This document shows, piece by piece, positions 34,343 through 43,979 of a stretch of DNA of 64,000 bases (within the stretch, counting starts at the first letter, position 1; the number at the start of each line of letters is the position of its first letter). The translations under genes were made by a program, and so were the position numbers. The stretch lies in NCBI GenBank assembly GCA_963748815.1, contig CAVVKJ010000010.1, forward strand, positions 256,001 to 320,000. Direction: 5' to 3'. The notes under the pieces were generated by a model. That model was not told where the DNA came from. It searched no databases and saw only the letters and a list, made by a program, of their open reading frames with translations. Source of the stretch: an uncultured Gemmatimonadales bacterium (GTDB taxonomy: Bacteria; Gemmatimonadota; Gemmatimonadetes; Gemmatimonadales; GWC2-71-9).

Positions 34343-34918
34343 AGGCGCGGGAGCGTGACGCCGACCTGGCCCTGGTACTTGCCGGCCTTGTCCTTGTAGC
34401 TGACCTCGCACTCGTCGTCGGCGTCCGCCTCGAAGAAGAGCACCTGGCAGATGCCCTCGTTGGCATAGACCCGGGCGGGGAGCGGAGTCGTGTTGCTGAT
34501 TTCGAGCGTGACGAAGCCTTCCCACTCCGGCTCGAACGGCGTCACGTTGGTGATGATGCCGCAGCGGGCATAGGTGGACTTGCCGACGCAGATCGTCAGG
34601 ACGTTCCGGGGAATCCGGAAATATTCGATGGAGCGGGCGAGGGCGAAGCTGTTCGGCGGCACGATGCAGCTCTCCCCTTCGAACTCGACGAAGCTGCGGG
34701 CGTCGAAGTGCCTTGGGGTCGACGATGGCCGACAGCGCGTTGGTGAAGATCTTGAACTCAGGCGCCACCCGCATGTCGTAGCCGTAGGACGACACGCCGT
34801 ACGAAATGACCTGCCGGCCCTGGGCGTCCGTCTGGCGGACCTGTCGGTCCTCGAACGGTTCGATCATCGCGTGTTCGCGGGCCATGCGGCGAATCCAGCG
34901 GTCGGACTTGATGGACAT
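34339..34918 (-). CDS. dcd: dCTP deaminase (+1 frameshift ~34711)
   Basis: [22 protein letters not shown]; then [31 protein letters not shown]. Confidence 0.95.
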
Positions 34919-34955
34919 GACGAGCCTTGCCTCGGAGTGGGAGAAATCGCCGGGA

Positions 34956-34985
34956 AAGGTACCCGGCGCCGGGGCCTCGCCGCAA
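34956..34985 (-). promoter_or_regulatory. Candidate sigma70 promoter for dcd
   Basis: Minus strand TTGCGG-N18-TACCTT. Confidence 0.35.
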
Positions 34986-35016
34986 CGCCTAGGTGCGCTT
35001 CGGGTCACGACTTGGG

Positions 35017-35044
35017 TTGACCTCGGTGAGGCCTCTGTTAACTT
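35017..35044 (+). promoter_or_regulatory. Candidate sigma70 promoter for the nuo operon
   Basis: TTGACC-N16-TAACTT. Confidence 0.45.
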
Positions 35045-35085
35045 TGTGTCGCTCTTCGGCCCAGCCCTTGTCCGGATGGTGCGCC

Positions 35086-35466
35086 CTGAACCTCACGCCC
35101 TACATCCCGCTGCTGTTCATCCTGGCCATCGTCGCCATCACGGCGGTCGCCATGCTCGGCCTGTCGCACGGTCTCGGCTTCCTGCTGGGCACCCGCCGCA
35201 AGACCGCCGTGAAGCAGTCGCCCTACGAGTCCGGGATGCCGGTGCTCGGCGACGCCCGGGAACGATTTTCCGTCAAGTTCTACCTCGTCGCCATGCTCTT
35301 CATCCTCTTCGACATCGAAACCGTCTTCATGGTCCCGTGGGCGGTGGCCTTCCAGCAGATGATCGCCGACCGGCTCTTCCTCCTGGTCGAGATGCTGGTC
35401 TTCGTGCTGATCCTCGCCGTCGGGTACCTCTACGTCTGGAAGCGGGGAGCGCTCCAATGGGATTGA
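35086..35466 (+). CDS. nuoA: NADH-quinone oxidoreductase subunit A (start uncertain)
   Basis: [34 protein letters not shown]. Confidence 0.93.
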   Translation: MNLTPYIPLLFILAIVAITAVAMLGLSHGLGFLLGTRRKTAVKQSPYESGMPVLGDARERFSVKFYLVAMLFILFDIETVFMVPWAVAFQQMIADRLFLLVEMLVFVLILAVGYLYVWKRGALQWD

Positions 35467-36080
35467 CCGTGCCCGAGGCGGGACCCCAGGTCGCCGAGAT
35501 GAGCGGGGAGTCGCCGAACTGGGTGACGGCCCGTCTCTCCGACCTCGTCAACTGGTCCCGCACCCGTTCCCTCTGGCCGATGCCCTTCGGCACCGCCTGC
35601 TGCGCCATCGAGTTCATGGCGACCGCCGCGGTCGCGCTACGACATCTCGCGCTTCGGCATGGAGCGCCAGAGGTTCTCGCCCCGCCAGGCCGACGTCCTC
35701 ATCTGCGCCGGCCGCGCTGCCGTTCAAGCTGGCGCCCGTCATCCGCCGCATCTGGGACCAGATGCCCCAGCCGAAGTGGTCCATCTCGATGGGCGCCTGC
35801 GCCTCCTCCGGCGGCATCTTCGACAACTACGCGATGGTGCAGGGCATCGACACCATCATCCCGGTGGACGTCTACGTGCCCGGCTGCCCGCCGCGGCCGG
35901 AAGGCCTGCTCTACGCGCATCTTCCTGCTCCAGAAGAAGATCCAGGGCGAGAGCCTGACCGACCAGTCGCTGCGCATCGAGCGGACGGTGGGCCCCGACG
36001 GGCTCTTCCGCGCGCCGGCCGTGATCGACGAGGTCTCGGAGCCGTTCGGCAACTCCGTGCACCAGACCCGCTCCTCATGA
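35457..36080 (+). CDS. nuoB: NADH-quinone oxidoreductase subunit B (three +1 shifts ~35630, ~35717, ~35917)
   Basis: [47 protein letters not shown] spread over three frames. Confidence 0.93.
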   Translation: MGLTVPEAGPQVAEMSGESPNWVTARLSDLVNWSRTRSLWPMPFGTACCAIEFMATAAVALRHLALRHGAPEVLAPPGRRPHLRRPRCRSSWRPSSAASGTRCPSRSGPSRWAPAPPPAASSTTTRWCRASTPSSRWTSTCPAARRGRKACSTRIFLLQKKIQGESLTDQSLRIERTVGPDGLFRAPAVIDEVSEPFGNSVHQTRSS

Positions 36081-36701
36081 CGGCCGCCACCGTGTCGCCG
36101 TCCGTTGCCGCGCTCCGGGCCCGGTTCGGCGCCGGCATCCTCCGGGATCGGGTGCTCTGCGGCGACACCATCGTCTGGGTCGCGCCCGACCAGGCGCACG
36201 CCATCCTCGCCTGGCTGCGCGATGAGCCGGCCCAGGAGTTCGACTACCTCACCGACGTCACCGCCGTCGAGTACCGCGACGGCGAGCTCCCGCTGGAGGT
36301 CGTCTACCAGTTGCGCTCGCTCGGGCGCCGCGCCGACCTCCGCGCTCAAGGTGGAGCTCGACAAGGCGCAGCCGCTGGAGGTCGAGAGCGTCAGCGACCT
36401 CTGGACGGGCGCCAACTGGCTGGAGCGCGAGGTGTTCGACATGTTCGGCATCACCTTCCGCGGCCATCCCGACCTCCGCCGGATCCTGATGTGGGAGACG
36501 TACGCCGAGGGGTTTCCGCTCCGGAAGGACTTCCCGCTGCGCGGGCACTTCAGCCGCTCCGAGCAGACCCGGCAGGCCCTGGCCGCCAATCCCGAGGCGC
36601 ACTACTCCCTCGAAGAGCTCTCCATCGCCTCGTCGTACCGCGAGCTGAGCGTGGACATGCGCGAGCGGCTCACCCGCGGCGAGCGCGGGGAGGTCGCGTG
36701 A
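36077..36701 (+). CDS. nuoC: NADH-quinone oxidoreductase subunit C (+1 shift ~36344)
   Basis: [50 protein letters not shown]. Confidence 0.93.
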
Positions 36702-37984
36702 GCACCCGGACCGTCGAATTTGCGCTGAGCACGCCGGGCGTCGACGCCGCCGGCCGGGACATTCGCGTGCCGCTCGGCGCGCCCGGCGGTCCGAGCGATG
36801 ATTTCGCCTCCGAGCACATGCTCATCAACATCGGTCCGCAGCACCCCGCCACGCACGGCGTGCTGCGGCTCGTGCATCGAGCTCGACGGCGAGACCGTCG
36901 TCCGCTGCATCCCGCACATCGGCTACCTGCACTCGGGCTTCGAGAAGCTGGCGGAGTACCGGCACTACAACCAGATCATCCCGCTGACCGACCGCACCGA
37001 CTACCTGGCGCCGATGGCGAACAACGTCTGCCTGGCGCTGGCGGTCGAGAAGCTGATGGACCTCGAGATCACCGAGCGCTGCCAGGTGCTCCGCGTCATC
37101 GCGTGCGAGATGAGCCGCATCATCTCGCACATCGTCTGGCTCGGCACCACCGGCATCGACCTCGGCGCGTTCACGCCGTTCCTGTGGCTGTTCTACCAGC
37201 GCGAGCTGATCTACAACCTGCAGGAAAGCTGGACCGGCGCGCGCCTGACCACCTCCCTCACCCGGGTGGGCGGCATGATGGCCGACGTGCCGGAGGGGTG
37301 GGAGGACGGCCTGCGGAAGTTCTGCCGGGACGTTCCCGAAGGTGCTCCACGAAGTGGACACCATGTTCACCAACAACGCGATCTGGTGCGGCCGGAACCA
37401 GGGCGTCGGCGTCATCAGCCAGGCCGACGCGGTGAACGGCTCGGCTGTCGGGCCCGCTGCTCCGCTCCACCGGCGTCGACTACGACGTGCGGAAGGACCG
37501 CCCGTACCTCGGCTACGAGACCTACGATTTCGACGTCCCGGTGGGCCAGCACGGCGACAACTACGACCGGTACCTCGTGCGGCTGGAGGAGATGTTCCAG
37601 TCCACCCGCATCCTCGAGCAGGCGCTCGACCGACTGGCCGGCCTCCGCGGGGCGCCGCTGAACGTCGCCGACCCGCGAGTCATCCTGCCGCCGAAGTCGC
37701 GGGCCATGAGCGACATGGAGTCGATGATCCACCACTTCAAGCAGGTCATGGAGGGGATCCACCCGCCGGCGGGCGAGGCCTACCTGGGCATCGAGAACCC
37801 GAAGGGCGAGCTCGGCTACTACTTCGTCTCCGACGGCACCGCCAAGCCGGTGCGCTGGCGCATCCGGCCGCCGTCCTTCATCAACCTCTCCGCGCTCCCC
37901 CGCATGTGCGAGGGCGCGCTCCTCTCCGACGTGATCGCCATCAACGCGAGCGTCGATATCGTCATGGGAGAAATCGACCGATGA
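36698..37984 (+). CDS. nuoD: NADH-quinone oxidoreductase subunit D (+1 shifts ~36874, ~37328, ~37440)
   Basis: [44 protein letters not shown]. Confidence 0.93.
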
Positions 37985-38493
37985 GCGGCTCCACGCAGGG
38001 CCACGCCGACGCGCCACACGCGCCGGTGTTCACGGGAGCGGTCGGCGCGAGGCTCGAGGCGCTCTTCCCGGACTACCCGACGAAGCAGGCCTGCCTGCTG
38101 CCGGCGCTCTGGATGGTGCAGGAGGAGCGGGGATGGATTTCCGAGCCCGCCATGGCGGAGGTGGCGGAGGTGCTCGGCCTGACGCCGGCCTACGTGAAGG
38201 GCGTCGTGACCTTCTACACGATGTATCACACCCATCCCGTCGGCCGGCATTTCATCCAGGTCTGCACCACGTCGCCCTGCAACCTCTGCGGCGCGGAAGC
38301 GGTCATGGCGGCGCTGCTGCGCGAGACCGGTTGCGGCGAGCTCGGGGCCACCAGCCCCGACGGCCGGTTCACGGTGTCCGAAGTCGAGTGCCTCGGCGCC
38401 TGCGGCTTCGCGACACCGATCATGATCAACGATGATTTCATCGAGAGCGTGACGCCGGAGCGGGTCGCCGGCATCCTGCAGGGGTACAAGTAA
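37981..38493 (+). CDS. nuoE: NADH-quinone oxidoreductase subunit E
   Basis: GVVTFYTMY, VCTTSPCNLCG, ECLGACG. Confidence 0.94.
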   Translation: MSGSTQGHADAPHAPVFTGAVGARLEALFPDYPTKQACLLPALWMVQEERGWISEPAMAEVAEVLGLTPAYVKGVVTFYTMYHTHPVGRHFIQVCTTSPCNLCGAEAVMAALLRETGCGELGATSPDGRFTVSEVECLGACGFATPIMINDDFIESVTPERVAGILQGYK

Positions 38494-39800
38494 TGGGCTA
38501 CCCGCATCCGTCCCACCCGAAGGAAACGCCGGTGCTCTCGACGCACTTCGGCGACGCCGCGGCGCGGACCTACGACGGCTGGGTGCAGCGCGGCGGCTAT
38601 GCGGCGCTCCGCAAGGCGCTGGGCATGACGCCCGAGGCCATCATCGACGAGGTCAAGGCGTCGGGGCTGCGCGGCCGGGGCGGCGCCGGCTTCCCGACCG
38701 GCCTCAAGTGGTCCTTCATGCCGAAGGGCGACGGCAAGCCGCACTATCTCGTCTGTAACGCCGACGAGTCGGAGCCCGGCACCTTCAAGGACCGCGAAAT
38801 CATGCGGTGGACACCGCACCAGCTCATCGAGGGATGCGCCATCGCGGCGTACGCCATCGGGGCGGAGCGCTGCTACATCTACATCCGGGGCGAGTTCACC
38901 GAGCCGCTGGCCATGGTCAAGGCCGCGGTGGCGGAGGCCTACGCCAAGGGCGCCCTCGGCGCCGACGTGTTCGGCTCGGGCAAGCGCATCGACGTCGTGG
39001 TGCACCGCGGGGCGGGGGCGTACATCTGCGGCGAAGAAACCGCGATGATGAACTCGATCGAGGGGCGCCGCGGCAACCCGCGCATCAAGCCGCCGTTCCC
39101 GGCGCAGGCCGGCCTGTTCGCCATGCCGACCACCATCAACAACGTCGAGACCCTCGCGTCGGTGCCGCACATCCTCAATCGCGGCGCCGAGTGGTACAAG
39201 GGCCTCTGCCTCAGCAACCCCAAGTCCACCGGCACCAAGCTGATCTCCGTCTGCGGGCACGTGCAGCGCCCCGGCAACTACGAGATCACCATGGGCACGC
39301 CGATGAACGACCTCATCTTCGACATGTGCGGCGGGATGAAGCCGGGGCGCACGCTGAAGGCGGTCATCCCGGGCGGCTCCTCGGTGCCGATCATGACGGC
39401 GGCCGAGGTGGACGGGTGCCTCCTCGACTACGAGGGCGTCGTGGCGCGGGGGTCGATGCTCGGCTCCGCCGGCATGATCGTCATGGACGACTCGACCGAC
39501 ATGGTGTACCAGATCTGGCGCCTGGCCCGGTTCTACGCGCACGAGTCCTGCGCCCAGTGCACCCAGTGCCGCGAAGGCACCGCCTGGACCACCAAGATCC
39601 TCGAGCGCATCCTGGCGGGGAAGGGGAAAGAGGCGGACCTGCAGCTCCTGCTCGACCTCTCCGAGAACATGACCGGCAAGACGATCTGCGTGCTGAGCGA
39701 CTCCTGCGCCGCCCCGATCGTGAGCGGCATCCAGAAGTTCCGGTCCGAGTTCGACGCCTACCTCAGCGGCGCGCGCCAGCCGGCGCTCGCAATGGCCTGA
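38493..39800 (+). CDS. nuoF: NADH-quinone oxidoreductase subunit F
   Basis: SGLRGRGGAGFPTG.KW, NADESEPG, GAGAYICGEE, ESCAQCTQCREG. Confidence 0.96.
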   Translation: MGYPHPSHPKETPVLSTHFGDAAARTYDGWVQRGGYAALRKALGMTPEAIIDEVKASGLRGRGGAGFPTGLKWSFMPKGDGKPHYLVCNADESEPGTFKDREIMRWTPHQLIEGCAIAAYAIGAERCYIYIRGEFTEPLAMVKAAVAEAYAKGALGADVFGSGKRIDVVVHRGAGAYICGEETAMMNSIEGRRGNPRIKPPFPAQAGLFAMPTTINNVETLASVPHILNRGAEWYKGLCLSNPKSTGTKLISVCGHVQRPGNYEITMGTPMNDLIFDMCGGMKPGRTLKAVIPGGSSVPIMTAAEVDGCLLDYEGVVARGSMLGSAGMIVMDDSTDMVYQIWRLARFYAHESCAQCTQCREGTAWTTKILERILAGKGKEADLQLLLDLSENMTGKTICVLSDSCAAPIVSGIQKFRSEFDAYLSGARQPALAMA

Positions 39801-39804
39801 TCCG

Positions 39805-41371
39805 ATGACCGACCGTGTGAGCGTCACGATCGACGGGGCCCAGGTGAGCGTCCCCAAGGGCACGTCGATCATCGAGGCCGCCAAGCAGGCCGGCGTCCTC
39901 ATCCCGCACTACTGCTATCACCCGTCGCTGCCGTCGCCCGCGGTCTGCCGCATGTGCCTGGTCGAGGTCGAAAAGGCGCCGAAGCTGATGCCGGCCTGCG
40001 TCACCACGGTCACCGAGGGCCAGGTGGTGCACGTCAACAGCGCGCCGGCCAAGCAGGCCCGGGAAGGGGTGCTGGAGTTTCTGCTCGACGAACCATCCCC
40101 TCGACTGCCCGATTTGCGACCAGGCCGGCGAGTGCGAATTGCAGGACTACACCTTCCAGGAAGGCCGCGCCGCCGGCCGGCACGACGATTATCCGAAGCG
40201 GTACAACCCGGTGGAGGAGTTCGGGCCCGACGTGCTGTACGTGCCCAACCGCTGCATCCTCTGCACCCGCTGCGTCCGGTTCATGGAGGACGTCGCCGAG
40301 GACGGGGTGCTCAACGTGTCGGAGCGCGGCGATCGCGCCACGATCGGGATCTTCCCCGACCGCGAGCTCGACCACGCCTGGGCCGGCAACGTCGTCGACC
40401 TCTGTCCGGTCGGGTCGCTCATCTCCAAGGACTTCCTGCACAAGGCGCGCGCCTGGGACCTCGATCGCACCGCGAGCGTCTGCCCGGGCTGCACCCAGGG
40501 CTGCAACATCACCATCGACACCCGCGATAACACCGTGGTCCGGCTTCGCCCCCGCGCCAACCTCGAGGTCAACCGCCACTTCATGTGTGACGAAGGGCGG
40601 ATGCACTATCGCTGGATGAACCGGGGCGACCGGGTCGAGGCGCCGCTGGCGCTCGAAGGCGGGGCACAGCGGGCGGTCGATTGGGACGCCGCCCTGGCTC
40701 GCCTCGGTCAGATGGTCCGTGGTGGCGCGGGTGCCGCGGTGGTGCTGGCCTCGCCGCGCGCCAGCCTCGAGTCGCTCGGCTGGGTGGTCCGCCTGCTGGG
40801 GCGCTACGAGGTGACCGGCGCGATGCAGGTCCCGATTGGCGAGGAGGAGCCGCTGGCCGGCGTGCCCGGGCTGGCGCTGCGCGCCGAGCGGGCGCCGAAC
40901 CTGCAGGGCGCGCGGGCACTGGGCCTCGACGCCACCTGGGCCGCGGCGGTCGCCGCGGCGGGGAAGGCGTCCCTCGTACTCGTGCTCGATGCGACGCTCA
41001 CCGAGGCTGAGGCGGCCACGGTGTCCAAGGCGGGGATCGTCGTGGTGTTCGCCACGGTGGATGCCGAGGCGTGGGCCGGTGCGGGGCTGGTCCTTCCCGT
41101 CACCACCATGGCCGAGGAGCACGGCACCTGGATGAACCGGGATGGGCGTGTGCAGCGGTACCAGCAGGCCAAGGCCGGTCCCGGCCTCGCGCGTCCGGCC
41201 TGGTGGATCGCGGCGGCGGCAATGGACGGCCCCGACGAGGTGCCGGCGACCGCCGCCGCCGCGTTCGCCTCGCTCGGCCGGGACTGGCCGGCGCTGGCGG
41301 GCCTGTCCTACGCCGACCTCGGGCTCACCGGCAGGGTCGCCGGCGCCGAGATCGCGGAGGTGGCGCGGTGA
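39805..41371 (+). CDS. nuoG: NADH-quinone oxidoreductase subunit G, short form (+1 shift ~40087)
   Basis: IPHYCYH, CRMCLVE, HPLDCPICDQAGEC after correction, RCILCTRCVRF, CPGCTQGC. Confidence 0.92.
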
Positions 41372-42609
41372 CCCCGGAACTCAAGGGCTTCCTGCTCGTC
41401 GCCGGGGCCAAGACCGTCCTGGTCTTCACCATCCTGATGTTGCTGGTCGCGTATTCCACGCTGCTCGAGCGGTGGATCGCCTCCTGGATCCAGGACCGGA
41501 TCGGCCCGAACCGCGCCGGCCCCAAGGGGCTCCTCCAGCCGATCGCCGACGGCATCAAGAATCTGCTCAAGGAAGAGGTCATTCCCGGCGGCGCCAACAA
41601 GGTGTTCTTCGTGATCGCGCCGGCCATCTCCCTGATGGCGGCGCTGATGATCCCGCTGACGATTCCGTGGGCGGCGCCGATCCCCCTGGAGTTTGATCTC
41701 ACCCTCCCCGTGCTCGGCCGGTTCGTGCACCACGGGACGACCCCCGCGGCCGTCACGGTGCTGCCGATCGGATTCCTGTACGTGCTGGCCATCAGCTCGG
41801 TCGGCATCTACGGGATCGCGCTGGGCGGATGGGCCTCCAACAACAAGTACAGCCTCATGGGCGGCCTCCGGGCGACGGCCCAGATGGTCTCCTACGAAGT
41901 CGCGATGGGCCTGAGCATTATCCCCGTGCTCCTCCTCGTCGGCAACGTCTCGTTCGTCGAGATCGTCTCCGTGCAGCAGCAGGGGCCGTTCGGCTGGCTC
42001 GTGCTCCCGGTCGCCCTCTCCGCCTTCATGTTCCTCGTCTCCGGCTTCGCCGAGACCAATCGCGTGCCGTTCGACATGCCGGAGTCCGAGTCCGAGCTCG
42101 TCGCCGGGTACCACACCGAGTACAGCGCCATGAAGTTCTCCGCCTTCATGATCGGGGAGTTCACGGCCATGGTGACGATTTCCATGATGTTCGTCACCCT
42201 CTTTCTCGGCGGCTGGGACATCCCGTTTACGCATTGGGACGAGGCGGGGGGCATGGCGCAGGTGCTCGCGACCTCCATCGTCTTCTTCCTGAAGATGATG
42301 TTCTTCCTCTTCCTGTTCATGTGGGTCCGCTGGACGCTGCCCCGCTTCCGGTACGACCAGCTGATGGCGCTGGGCTGGAAGGTGTTCATCCCGATGGGGC
42401 TGGCCTACATCATGTACATCGCGGTGGCCCTCTGGGTGGTCGAGGGTCCGCTCGGGGCCACCACCCCGGCGGCGCGGTCGGGCGCGCTCTTCCTCCTCAA
42501 CATTCCCGTGCTCGTGCTCGTGTTCCGGGTCCTGGACCGCGGGCGCCTGATCCGCGGGGTCTCCGTTCATTCACCGGTGCCGGCCTCGCGGCCGGCCGGC
42601 GCGGGCTGA
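41368..42609 (+). CDS. nuoH: NADH-quinone oxidoreductase subunit H
   Basis: ER...IQDRIGPNR, QPIADGIK, SNNKYS.MGG.R, AETNRVPFD.PE.E.EL, PRFRYDQLM. Confidence 0.96.
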   Translation: MTPELKGFLLVAGAKTVLVFTILMLLVAYSTLLERWIASWIQDRIGPNRAGPKGLLQPIADGIKNLLKEEVIPGGANKVFFVIAPAISLMAALMIPLTIPWAAPIPLEFDLTLPVLGRFVHHGTTPAAVTVLPIGFLYVLAISSVGIYGIALGGWASNNKYSLMGGLRATAQMVSYEVAMGLSIIPVLLLVGNVSFVEIVSVQQQGPFGWLVLPVALSAFMFLVSGFAETNRVPFDMPESESELVAGYHTEYSAMKFSAFMIGEFTAMVTISMMFVTLFLGGWDIPFTHWDEAGGMAQVLATSIVFFLKMMFFLFLFMWVRWTLPRFRYDQLMALGWKVFIPMGLAYIMYIAVALWVVEGPLGATTPAARSGALFLLNIPVLVLVFRVLDRGRLIRGVSVHSPVPASRPAGAG

Positions 42610-42619
42610 GGGCTTCGTC

Positions 42620-43126
42620 ATGGCGATCGGCGTGAAGGTCATGGAACGGCCGGGGCGCGAGGCCAGCTACGTGCGCGCCACCCTGAAGGGGATGGCGCTC
42701 ACCTTCCGGCACCTCTTCCGCCCCAAGATCACCATGCAGTATCCCGAGGAGCGCAGCACCGACACGTGGACCATCAGTCCGCGCTGGCGGGGCACGCACC
42801 GGATGCTCACCGACGAGCAGGGCCGCTCCAAGTGCGTCGCCTGCGGGCTCTGCCCGCAGATCTGCCCCGCCAACTGCATCAAGCTGGTGCCGGGGGAGGA
42901 CGAGGAGGGCAACCGGTACCCGCTGATCTACGAGATCGACGAGTTCCGCTGCGTCTTCTGCGGGTACTGCCAGGAGGTCTGCCCGGAGGAGGCGATCCAC
43001 GTCGGCGTGCACTACGAGAACGCCGAGTATGAACGCGGGCGCTTCGTGTACGACCTGGAGCGGCTCTCGGCCCAGACGCATCCGGTCTCGAGCCTGTGGG
43101 ACCCGACGGATCCGAGGGGGGAGTAG
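42620..43126 (+). CDS. nuoI: NADH-quinone oxidoreductase subunit I
   Basis: T.QYPEE, CVACGLCPQICP, CVFCGYCQEVCP. Confidence 0.96.
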   Translation: MAIGVKVMERPGREASYVRATLKGMALTFRHLFRPKITMQYPEERSTDTWTISPRWRGTHRMLTDEQGRSKCVACGLCPQICPANCIKLVPGEDEEGNRYPLIYEIDEFRCVFCGYCQEVCPEEAIHVGVHYENAEYERGRFVYDLERLSAQTHPVSSLWDPTDPRGE

Positions 43127-43681
43127 GTGGCCGACACGATCTTCATGGCGCTGGGGACCATCGCGGTCCTCGCCGCGCTCTCCTGCGTGCTCCAGCGGAA
43201 CGCCCTGGCGGCCGCCATCTGGCTGGTCCTGACCATGCTGTCGCTCGCCGGGATGTACCTGATTCTCGGGGCGCCGTTCATCGCCGCCATCCAGGTGCTC
43301 GTGTACACCGGCGCCATCATGGTGCTGTTCATCTTCGTGATCATGCTGCTGAACCTCGGCGAGGGGGTTGGTGACATCCGCGGGCCCGGGGCGAAAGCCC
43401 TGGCGCTGGTCCTGGCCGTGGGGACTGGCACCTTTCTGCTCCGGCTCGCCGGGTACGACCCCGGCCGGCTCGCCTTCGACCTGACCGGCACCACCGACCT
43501 CTCGCCGTCCGCCGTCTTCGAGTCTGCCGAGCTCGCGCGCCGGGCCGCGGAAGGGCAGGGGGTGGTCGGCGCTGTCGCCGGCCCGCTCTTCTCGACCTAC
43601 CTGGTGCCGTTCGAGGTCACCTCGCTGCTGCTCCTCGCCGCCATCATCGGGGCCGTCGTCCTGGCCAAGAGGAAGATCTGA
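43127..43681 (+). CDS. nuoJ: NADH-quinone oxidoreductase subunit J
   Basis: [32 protein letters not shown]. Confidence 0.95.
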   Translation: MADTIFMALGTIAVLAALSCVLQRNALAAAIWLVLTMLSLAGMYLILGAPFIAAIQVLVYTGAIMVLFIFVIMLLNLGEGVGDIRGPGAKALALVLAVGTGTFLLRLAGYDPGRLAFDLTGTTDLSPSAVFESAELARRAAEGQGVVGAVAGPLFSTYLVPFEVTSLLLLAAIIGAVVLAKRKI

Positions 43682-43977
43682 TGCTCCTCGGTCCCGCGCT
43701 CGCCTTCTCGGCGCTCCTGTTCTCGATCGGTGTGTTCGGGGTGCTGATCCGGCGGAACGCCATCGTGCTCTTCATGTGCATCGAGCTGATGCTCAACGCG
43801 GTCAACCTGACGTTCGTCGCCCTCGCCCAGTACCACGGCGTCGGCGGGCAACTGATGGTGTTCTTCGTGATGGCCGTGGCCGCCGCCGAGGCGGCGGTCG
43901 GGCTGGCCATCATCCTCGCGGTCTTCCGGCACACCACTTCGGTGGACCTGAAGACCAACACCCTGTTGCAGGGCTGA
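43681..43977 (+). CDS. nuoK: NADH-quinone oxidoreductase subunit K
   Basis: [23 protein letters not shown]. Confidence 0.96.
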   Translation: MLLGPALAFSALLFSIGVFGVLIRRNAIVLFMCIELMLNAVNLTFVALAQYHGVGGQLMVFFVMAVAAAEAAVGLAIILAVFRHTTSVDLKTNTLLQG

Positions 43978-43979
43978 CG

